Shown: positions 27,554 to 34,846 of the stretch, in pieces
Position numbering within the stretch: the stretch's first letter is position 1
How the letters are laid out: every line of letters begins with the position of its first letter
Assembly (NCBI GenBank): GCA_964421875.1
Contig: CAYQZD010000003.1
Location: forward strand, 2,843-66,842
DNA length: 64,000 bases
Origin: an uncultured bacterium
GTDB taxonomy: Bacteria > Electryoneota > Tariuqbacteria > Tariuqbacterales > Tariuqbacteraceae
Direction of reading: 5' to 3'
The notes under the pieces: model-generated
Told to the model about the DNA's origin: nothing
The model's database searches: none
The model's input: the letters and a program-made list of their open reading frames with translations, nothing else
Position numbers and translations under genes: made by a program

Positions 27554-28186
27554 TTATTTCTGAAATCTCACTCCTAAAGCCAACCCCATATCAAGGATGC
27601 CGTAATATGAATTGAGGTTTCTTTTATGCCTTACATGCTGCCATCTCTCTTCTTCTATTTCAACCTCGACACCGCTGACTCCCAGCTTCTTAAACTGAAG
27701 GAATACGGTGGATTTAGGTGATAAATAGATATCTGCCCCAAAAGTGAAATACTGCGCCAGCCCTTCAATGGTTTTCGGCTCACTGCCCGAAGCGCTGGCG
27801 CTTTTGTATTTTAACTTACCCTCATATTTATAGTATCCCGCGCCGATGCCGAAAAACACCTTGAATTTCTTCGTTCCTGTTCTAAAAAGAATCTCGCCTT
27901 CTAGAGGATAACCTTCAATCTTGTAGTCTTCTTCATAATAGTCGGAACTATTGTCCAAATTCTCCTCCTTATAATAATCATTCCCAATCCCGTAGCCCGC
28001 TGATAATCCATATATTACATTATCTCCGGCTTCGAGATACAGGTGTACTAAGAGGTTTTGAGGAACAGCATCGAATTCTTGCACAATCCCCGAACCGAGG
28101 CTGAACCCCAAAGTCTGGGAAGCAGCCGGAATAACGGAGGTAAAAAACCAGGCGGTGAAAGCGAATACTGTTATCAAAAATTTCAT
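27554..28186 (-). CDS. Outer-membrane beta-barrel protein (hypothetical)
   Basis: 210 aa. Signal peptide MKFLITVFAFTAWFFTSVIPAASQ, alternating aromatic/glycine beta-strand pattern, C-terminal LALGVRFQK. Confidence 0.6.
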   Translation of the reverse strand: MKFLITVFAFTAWFFTSVIPAASQTLGFSLGSGIVQEFDAVPQNLLVHLYLEAGDNVIYGLSAGYGIGNDYYKEENLDNSSDYYEEDYKIEGYPLEGEILFRTGTKKFKVFFGIGAGYYKYEGKLKYKSASASGSEPKTIEGLAQYFTFGADIYLSPKSTVFLQFKKLGVSGVEVEIEEERWQHVRHKRNLNSYYGILDMGLALGVRFQK

Positions 28187-28422
28187 CTCACTCCTCCTGG
28201 CGTCGATTCAACTTTGCTCTTTCATTGAACTACAGTATTTGACTTGGATGCTGGTTATATAAATTTATAATCTAATTCATTTTAACAAATTAGGCAATAA
28301 TCGAAACGATTTTTTTAAATTAATCCTGAAAATAAAGGCAAAATTGTAGGCAGGAGTGCCAACTCGGCAAAATATTTGTGTGTAGCGGAGCTGTGGTGGA
28401 TACCCTCGAAGGCGAGATTCTT

Positions 28423-29094
28423 TCATCGCTTCTGCGCTTCTATGACAATAATCGGGGATAATTTTGACCAGGGCAGGATTAATCCTGCCGCTTGTTTCAC
28501 ATCGAAACCGGCGCGGTCCAGCATCCCTCGGATTTCCGGCAGCGTATAGGGATTGAGGGGGAGGGTGCCGATACTGGGGTCGTAGTCTCGGACTTTCATA
28601 TAGGCGCGTTTGACAAAGGGATTATCGCGGTTGCGGATGTCGAAGAAGAGACTGCCGCCGGGGTGGAGAATATCCCCGATTTGTGTCAGCGATTCAGCCA
28701 CATCGGCGCTTGTTGGAAGATTGTAGAAAGTATTGACGCAGACTGCGAAATCGAGGGAGCCGAGCTTGAAGGGAAGTCGCCGGGCATCGCCTTTAATCAA
28801 AAAAGCGGTCTTTTCAAGGCGGGGGAAATAAGCCTCTTTTGCAGTCTTCAGCATCTTATCGCTGTTATCGAAGAGCGCCGCCTTGAGCCGCCCCCCGCCG
28901 AGGATGTTTTCCAGCAGGTAACCTTCACCGCAGCCGATATCGACCACTATCCCCTCCCTCCCTCTAAGCAATCCCCGCACCTTTTCCCGCACCATCAGGC
29001 GGAAGATGTCGGTAGTGGGGATTCCCCGCTCGTTTTTCCGGGCGAAAGCGCGGCGCAAGGCTTTCACGACATTCTGCGAAAACGAAGCCATCAT
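28423..29094 (-). CDS. Class I SAM-dependent methyltransferase
   Basis: 223 aa. Motif I VVDIGCGEGYLL. 4-nt overlap with the upstream GT4 gene. Confidence 0.85.
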   Translation of the reverse strand: MMASFSQNVVKALRRAFARKNERGIPTTDIFRLMVREKVRGLLRGREGIVVDIGCGEGYLLENILGGGRLKAALFDNSDKMLKTAKEAYFPRLEKTAFLIKGDARRLPFKLGSLDFAVCVNTFYNLPTSADVAESLTQIGDILHPGGSLFFDIRNRDNPFVKRAYMKVRDYDPSIGTLPLNPYTLPEIRGMLDRAGFDVKQAAGLILPWSKLSPIIVIEAQKR

Positions 29095-30239
29095 CGCTCC
29101 ACCATCGACACTACCTCAGCCCTCCCCGCCCAGTCCATCTCCCGTTCCACTCGCTGACGCCCGTATTCACCGATTTCTCTCCGCAAAGTCGGGTTGGAAA
29201 GCAGCTTGTCCGCCGCCGCCGTAAACTCCGCGACAGAATCAGGATCGATGAGGAAACCGCTCTTGCCGTCCTCCACCGCCTCCACCGCGCCCCCGGATTT
29301 CCCGCCAATAACCGGCTTGCCGCAGGCGGAAGCTTCGACGAAGGAAATGCCGAACCCTTCGATGGAGTCGGTAGTATCGAAAATCTCCCGGTTGGGCATT
29401 ACATAGATGTCGCAAAGACGGTAATAATCGGGTAACTCTTCATCGGGAACGAAACCGGCAAATCCGACCGCATCGGAAACGCCAAGGACTTCCGACAGGG
29501 ATTGCAGACGCTCCCTGTCCGGTCCCTTCCCTACAATAAGGTAGAAGGTTTGCGGATGTTTCTTGAGTAATTCCGATAGGGATTTTATCACCAGGTCATG
29601 CCCTTTACGTTCCGAAACGCGAGCCACGGTGAGGAGAATGTTCTTCCCCTCGGGATTCCATTTCGCTATTAGTGATTCAGGGGCGGCGCCCGGAGTGAAA
29701 ACCGATGGGTCCACTCCGGGCAGGACAATGGGTACTTTTGCTTGCGGAAAACCGTAATCCAAAAATTCTTGGCGGCAAAACTCCGAATTAGCCACAATCT
29801 GCCGCGCGCCTTTCAACAAGGTTCTTGCCCAGAAGGTGGTGAAACGCCCTTTCATATAGACCGGCAGGGTTTCGCCGCCATAAACCCACAGGATATAGGG
29901 TACGCCGAAAAAAACTTTCATCAGCCAGCCGATGGTGCCGGAAATCCAGATTTGCCCCGCGTGAATCATACGCACCCCCCGAAACATCACCAGCCACTTC
30001 ACCCAGATCATTTGGGTGAGGGCGTTTAGGGTTTTCGCCAGCCTCCCTGTTCCGCTAAACTTGGGATGACGAATGACTTTGGAGGATTCGCCGCGGTCGA
30101 AATCGGCGCCTCCCTTGACTGCAGGAGTGAGTATCCAGTGAGTTTCAGAGTCCAGTCGTTTCCATACCTGGTGATACACCGTTGATATACCGGATACCAC
30201 CGGAGGATAATCGTTGGTAATCAGGATGGTTCTGGGCAT
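29091..30239 (-). CDS. Glycosyltransferase family 4 (GT-B)
   Basis: 382 aa. C-terminal EGFGISFVEASACGKPVIGGKSGGAVEAVEDGKSG. Confidence 0.9.
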   Translation of the reverse strand: MPRTILITNDYPPVVSGISTVYHQVWKRLDSETHWILTPAVKGGADFDRGESSKVIRHPKFSGTGRLAKTLNALTQMIWVKWLVMFRGVRMIHAGQIWISGTIGWLMKVFFGVPYILWVYGGETLPVYMKGRFTTFWARTLLKGARQIVANSEFCRQEFLDYGFPQAKVPIVLPGVDPSVFTPGAAPESLIAKWNPEGKNILLTVARVSERKGHDLVIKSLSELLKKHPQTFYLIVGKGPDRERLQSLSEVLGVSDAVGFAGFVPDEELPDYYRLCDIYVMPNREIFDTTDSIEGFGISFVEASACGKPVIGGKSGGAVEAVEDGKSGFLIDPDSVAEFTAAADKLLSNPTLRREIGEYGRQRVEREMDWAGRAEVVSMVER

Positions 30240-30334
30240 AATCCAAGTGTCTTTTTGGTAGGGGTGTTCAAATTGTCACTTCTGACGGGTATATCACCCT
30301 TTGTGTCGCAGAGTCCCCGCAACACATCAGCTCA

Positions 30335-30404
30335 GTAGGGGCGAAGCATTCTTAATTTATCAACAAAATTATTAAAGATTTATGCTGGAATGCTTCGCCC
30401 CTAC
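30335..30404. repeat. Perfect 17-bp inverted repeat GTAGGGGCGAAGCATTC / GAATGCTTCGCCCCTAC with a 36-nt AT-rich loop
   Basis: Arms at 30335-30351 and 30388-30404 are exact reverse complements. GTAGG-headed. Confidence 0.9.
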
Positions 30405-30487
30405 AAAAACAAACTTGCCATTCAAGTTAGCGCATATCCCCCTATCTACCTTTAGAAAAGGAAGAAACCAGGCGGGATATCCCCCTT

Positions 30488-31369
30488 TCACGCATCCAAT
30501 TTTAATAAAGGCTCGATAACCTTCGAAAGGACTTCGGTAGTTTTTCCCCCTTTGGCGCCGGCGGAAATCAGCGGAGTTCCCTTATCGCCGGAACTGACGA
30601 ATTCCGGATCGACGGGCACTGCGCCCAGGAAGGGGACTTTAAGCTCGGCAGCCATTTTCTCTCCGCCGCCGCTGCTGAAAATATCGGTCGCCTGGCCGCA
30701 GTGCGGACAAACAAAACCGCTCATATTCTCAATCACACCTAAGATAGGAAGGTCTAATTTGCGGCAGAACTGAATGGAACGGCGCACATCTTCGATGGCG
30801 AGTTCCTGTGGAGTGGTGACAATCACCGCGCCCCTGGCGCTGGGGATAAGCTGGGCTATCGACAGCGGTTCATCGCCGGTGCCGGGAGGTGAATCCACAA
30901 TAAGGTAATCCAGTTCCCCCCACTCCACATCGCGCAGGAACTGCTTAATCACACCGTATTTCATCGGTCCCCGCCAGATAACAGCGTCGTCCTTGTTTTT
31001 AACAAGAAAACCGATGGACATCACTTTCAGATTGGAATCATAGCGCACCGGGAGCAGGGAGTTTTCCGTGGCGGCGACCGGCGCGCCGTTGAGTCCCAGC
31101 AGCCGGGGGATGCTGGGACCGTGAACATCGATATCCATCAGTCCGGTCCGCTTCCCGGCTTGACTCAGCGCCGCGGCGAGGTTGACCGCCACAGTGCTTT
31201 TTCCCACGCCGCCCTTCCCGGACAAAACCATTATAGTATGCTTGATTTGACAGAGGCGCTGGTTTAATAACTGCCTTTCCTGGAATTCTTTATCGTCTTC
31301 GCCCTCCATTTGTTTCTTCGCGGGGCATTCGCCGTCTTCGCAAGAGCTGCATTCTTTCTCTTCGTTCAT
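30488..31369 (-). CDS. Mrp/NBP35/ApbC family Fe-S cluster carrier ATPase
   Basis: 293 aa. Deviant Walker A VLSGKGGVGKSTVAVNLA, CPHCG motif, Cys-rich N-terminus. Confidence 0.9.
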   Translation of the reverse strand: MNEEKECSSCEDGECPAKKQMEGEDDKEFQERQLLNQRLCQIKHTIMVLSGKGGVGKSTVAVNLAAALSQAGKRTGLMDIDVHGPSIPRLLGLNGAPVAATENSLLPVRYDSNLKVMSIGFLVKNKDDAVIWRGPMKYGVIKQFLRDVEWGELDYLIVDSPPGTGDEPLSIAQLIPSARGAVIVTTPQELAIEDVRRSIQFCRKLDLPILGVIENMSGFVCPHCGQATDIFSSGGGEKMAAELKVPFLGAVPVDPEFVSSGDKGTPLISAGAKGGKTTEVLSKVIEPLLKLDA

Positions 31370-31399
31370 TATATCTCTACTTTCTGATTTTGATTTATT

Positions 31400-31497
31400 G
31401 GTAACGCTTTACTAATGTGAAGAGTAAGCGTCATTCTGGCCGCGAAGCGAGCCAGAATCCTTCTTCTCCGGAGGGATTCCGGCTGCGCCGGAATGAC
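31400..31497 (+). repeat. Module B, long form
   Basis: GGTAACGCTTTACTAATGTGAAGAGTAAGC + GTCATTCTGGCCGCGAAGCGAGCCAGAATCC + TTCTTCTCCGGAGG + GATTCCGGCTGCGCCGGAATGAC. Begins 30 nt from the Mrp start codon. Confidence 0.9.
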
Positions 31498-31510
31498 AAT
31501 TAGGCTATCT

Positions 31511-32158
31511 TTATACTCTCAAATTCACCTTTTTGATTCCGCCTTTAAAACGCCGCATACCGCCCCCCTCGCTGACCGCCCGCAATACTAACGAAAAATC
31601 CATCACCTTCACCCCTGAAACCAAAGTCACCGATGTGTTACGAAAAGGTTCCACAATCATCGGAGCGGAAGCCCCCAAAATCACGGTTTCCCGGCAGTTA
31701 CAACAAGCGGCGAGCAACCCGTCTATAGTGTCGTTCACAATGGAAGTGGCGGTGATTATCGCGGCGTCGCATCCCGGCAGCAGTGAATGCGCTTGCTCCG
31801 CCGGTAGCATCCCCGGACTGGCGTTCCCCTCGATTTCGAAAATGAGCAGCCGTTTCACCCGGGACTTCAGATCCGGAACCAGCGGCTCGAAATGCCCCAC
31901 CATCCCCACCGTGTCCTCCGGTTTCAAGGTAACCAAACGCCGGGTGTCGCCCGGTGTGAAATCCGGCTTCAGGGTGAGGGCGAGGGCGTTCGCAGTTGCT
32001 AATCCCACCGCCCGCTGAATCTGAACCGGCGATTCCAGCATCGCCAGCAGCTCTCCCGCCGCACTACCTGCAAGAGAAATCCGCCCCGGAAAATAGCGGC
32101 ATCCACGCGGAATAATATCCAAAAATGTGTATGCCAGTCCTATCTCACCGCTATCCAA
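31511..32158 (-). CDS. DUF364/DUF4213 family protein (putative chelation/Rossmann-like); 5' end uncertain
   Basis: The track ORF starts at TTG 32158. The family-like N-terminus (..VSDVRIGLTYTAVKLDSGEIGLAYTF) continues in frame upstream into the heptamer array, with no ATG/GTG/TTG there. Confidence 0.7.
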   Translation of the reverse strand: MDSGEIGLAYTFLDIIPRGCRYFPGRISLAGSAAGELLAMLESPVQIQRAVGLATANALALTLKPDFTPGDTRRLVTLKPEDTVGMVGHFEPLVPDLKSRVKRLLIFEIEGNASPGMLPAEQAHSLLPGCDAAIITATSIVNDTIDGLLAACCNCRETVILGASAPMIVEPFRNTSVTLVSGVKVMDFSLVLRAVSEGGGMRRFKGGIKKVNLRV

Positions 32159-32256
32159 CTTAACTGCAGTGTAAGTGAGGCCGATGCGAACATCGGAGAC
32201 CGTTTCGTTCTCAGCGGCGGCGGAAAAAGCCTCGACAAGGCTTCGCTTTATGTTAT

Positions 32257-32340
32257 ATTCAGGATTCAGGATTCTGGATTCTGGATTCTGGATTCTGGAT
32301 TCTGGATTCAGTATTCAGTATTCAGTATTCAGTATTCTTC
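32257..32340. repeat. 7-nt tandem array C, 12 units (2x ATTCAGG, 4x ATTCTGG, 5x ATTCAGT, 1x ATTCTTC)
   Basis: Perfect 7-nt phase from 32257. Ends at the nucleotide before the OPT stop codon (32341-32343) and runs into the open frame of the DUF364 gene. Confidence 0.95.
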
Positions 32341-34362
32341 CTATTCTTCCGCTTTGGCGCGGGTAGCGTCCCAATAGATATAGATACCCAGCAGGATAAA
32401 TACTATCAGCCCCAGCCAGTTGCCCGCCTGCCCGATATTTTTCAAATCGGGAACTAAGGTCATTTGGAACTTGTCCTCGAAGAACTTGAACAAGGCTCCT
32501 ACCACGCCGATGATGGCTCCCCCCGCGATGAGTCCGGAAGCGATAAGGATGCCCTTTTCGTGGCGGGACTTGGCGAGTTTCTCCTTCTTGGAGGATTTTT
32601 TCACCAGCCAGGCGACGATCGCCCCGGCCATTATCGGTGAATTGAGTTCTATGGGGAGGTACATCCCCAATGCGAACGCCAGCGCGCTCACGCCTAACAT
32701 CTCAACAATAATAGCGAAGATTACTCCCAGTCCGTAGAGGAACCAGGGCGCCTGCCCCCCGCCCATCAATCCGTCGATGACCGCCGCCATCGCGTTAGCC
32801 TGCGGAGCCGGCAGAGGATTGGGATGCGCCGGCGAAGGGGAATAGCCATAAACGTGAGCCAGCAGGATTATGACCGCCGTTACGGTTATCGAGGCGGCGA
32901 CACAACCCCAGATGTTAGACCACTCGATCGACTTGGGGGTTGAACCCAGCCAGTAACCGATTTTGAACTGAGTGACCAGACTCCCCGCCATCGACAAAGC
33001 GGTGCAGACCACCCCCCCGATTAATATAGTGGCGAGCATACCCTCCTTGCCGCTCATCCCAAGCTGAGACAGCAACACTGCGGACACAATCAAGGTCATC
33101 AGCGTCATCCCGGAAATAGGAGTCACACTAATCATCGCCACCGCCCAGGCGGATACGGAGATGAAGAGGAAGGCGATAACCAAGGTTAATAGAATCGACA
33201 CTATGGACAATCCGGTGGCGCCTTCCATCCCGCTGAGCACCACAAATCGGAAATAGACCCAAATGAGGAGGGTGACAGCGATAATCATACCGATAACCAG
33301 CGACATTGGGATGTCGCGATCGACGCGGCTTTGCCCGGCGGATTCGTCGCGGTCGCGTTTGCGGAACACTTCCTTCAGCGCCTGAGAAAAAGCGCTGACG
33401 ATGACCTTCGACATCTTTAAAATAGAAATGACCCCGGCGGCGAAAATGCCCCCGATACCCACATAGCGGGCGTAATGGTAGAAAACGTCCTCTGCGGGCA
33501 TTTCAGCTATCGGCGAAGGTCCTGGTGGTATAATCGTTCCCGCAGGAAGAAAACTGCCTAAATAAGCGAACAACGGCGTCAGCACAAAAAACGACATCAC
33601 CGACCCGGCTAAGATGATGGAAGCGTACCGCACGCCGATAAGATATCCCAGCCCCATAATAGCGGCGGAGGTGTTGAGGCTGAATACCAGCTTCACCTTA
33701 AGCGTGAAGAAGTCGAAAAGGCTTATCATCGAAGTGGAGAAACTCTCCGCCCAGGCGCGCATCGAAATGGAGAGGAAATCGTAAACCGCGCCGATACCGA
33801 TAGCGTATGCTAAGATTTTCGCCTGCTTGCCACCCTTTTCCCCCACCACCAGCACTTCGGTGATGGCAGTGCCTTCGGGGAAAGGAAGTTTGCCGTGCTG
33901 GTCGGAGACAAAGTAGCGCCTGAAGGGAATCAGAAACAACACCCCTAATATCGCGCCCAATAATGGAACCAGAAAAATCTGGAAAAAGTTGGTGTCGAGA
34001 TCTAACACGAAAATCGCCGGCATCACGAACACCGACCCGCCCGCTACAATCCCGGAAGTCGCCCCCACCGCTAAAATATTGATATTCTCCAACAGGGTGC
34101 TCTTGCGCGCCAGCATCGCGGAAAATCCCACAGCGAGAATGGAGATGGGGATGGCGCTTTCGATGCCCTGCCCTAATTTCAACGCAATATATGACGCCGC
34201 ACCGGAAAACAAAAGGGTCATTACCAGCCCGAATAGCACCGAGCGGACTGTGACTTCAAGGAAGCCTTTCTCCTTGCTGATGACGGGAACATACTTTTCC
34301 CCCGGCTTCAATTCCCGGTAAGCGTTTTCGGGGAGCCGCATCTTATTCGAATTATCAGCCAT
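32341..34362 (-). CDS. OPT family oligopeptide transporter
   Basis: 673 aa polytopic. N-terminus RLPENAYRELKPGEKYVPVI and the overall topology are typical of bacterial OPT proteins. Confidence 0.85.
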   Translation of the reverse strand: MADNSNKMRLPENAYRELKPGEKYVPVISKEKGFLEVTVRSVLFGLVMTLLFSGAASYIALKLGQGIESAIPISILAVGFSAMLARKSTLLENINILAVGATSGIVAGGSVFVMPAIFVLDLDTNFFQIFLVPLLGAILGVLFLIPFRRYFVSDQHGKLPFPEGTAITEVLVVGEKGGKQAKILAYAIGIGAVYDFLSISMRAWAESFSTSMISLFDFFTLKVKLVFSLNTSAAIMGLGYLIGVRYASIILAGSVMSFFVLTPLFAYLGSFLPAGTIIPPGPSPIAEMPAEDVFYHYARYVGIGGIFAAGVISILKMSKVIVSAFSQALKEVFRKRDRDESAGQSRVDRDIPMSLVIGMIIAVTLLIWVYFRFVVLSGMEGATGLSIVSILLTLVIAFLFISVSAWAVAMISVTPISGMTLMTLIVSAVLLSQLGMSGKEGMLATILIGGVVCTALSMAGSLVTQFKIGYWLGSTPKSIEWSNIWGCVAASITVTAVIILLAHVYGYSPSPAHPNPLPAPQANAMAAVIDGLMGGGQAPWFLYGLGVIFAIIVEMLGVSALAFALGMYLPIELNSPIMAGAIVAWLVKKSSKKEKLAKSRHEKGILIASGLIAGGAIIGVVGALFKFFEDKFQMTLVPDLKNIGQAGNWLGLIVFILLGIYIYWDATRAKAEE

Positions 34363-34403
34363 TTAATCGTTCCTTTGTATGTCGATTATATTTTAAATAT
34401 AGT

Positions 34404-34438
34404 AGCCGGCAGTCGGCAATCGGTAATCGGCTGTCGGC
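34404..34438. repeat. 7-nt tandem array N (NNTCGGC)
   Basis: agccggc agtcggc aatcggt aatcggc tgtcggc. Lies about 40 nt upstream of the OPT start. Confidence 0.75.
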
Positions 34439-34440
34439 TT

Positions 34441-34463
34441 GTAGGGCGGAATCTGATTCCGCC
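34441..34463 (+). repeat. GTAGG-headed hairpin
   Basis: GTAGGGCGGAATctgATTCCGCC, with 8-bp stem GGCGGAAT/ATTCCGCC. Confidence 0.85.
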
Positions 34464-34523
34464 GGTTGTCTCTAATCGAAGAGACTGCATAATCCCCGCA
34501 CGCTTCAGCGCTCACGACGAAAG

Positions 34524-34546
34524 GTAGGCGGGGGGTTCATCCCCCC
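34524..34546 (+). repeat. GTAGG-headed hairpin
   Basis: GTAGGCGGGGGGttcatCCCCCC. A sister copy is at 56810-56832. Confidence 0.8.
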
Positions 34547-34641
34547 GTATCATTTTTCCGCGTTCCCAATCTCATACGAGGGAAAATATGCAATGGTGCG
34601 ATAGAGTCCCTGCACTCTGTCGCATTAATTTGTGAGTTTCC

Positions 34642-34673
34642 CTCATTCCCACACTCCCGCGTGGGAACGCATA
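34642..34673 (+). repeat. PU4 hairpin (CTCATTCCCACACTCCCGCGTGGGAACGCATA)
   Basis: Stem TTCCCAC(A/G)C/GCGTGGGAA. Copy 1 of 9, all in the same orientation. Confidence 0.9.
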
Positions 34674-34846
34674 TCAAGGATTGTTAGAAGCATATCTTTA
34701 TAATTTATGGTACATTTTTCACAAAATCAATTTACAGAAACAGACTGGTGAATTTAGAGGAGATTAGCGCGGATTGATGGGGGGGTAGTTCGGTTTCCAA
34801 TTAGACCAGGATGATAAATCAATCACTTATGTATCGTCAATTCATC

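Noticed and set aside
34642-34673. PU4 and other GC-rich hairpins as rho-independent terminators of the minus-strand genes
   Set aside because: None is followed by a U-tract on the gene strand. The one clear intrinsic terminator (62923-62954) has a 7-T run and is not a repeat unit. A role in mRNA 3'-end stabilisation is still possible but cannot be judged from the sequence alone.
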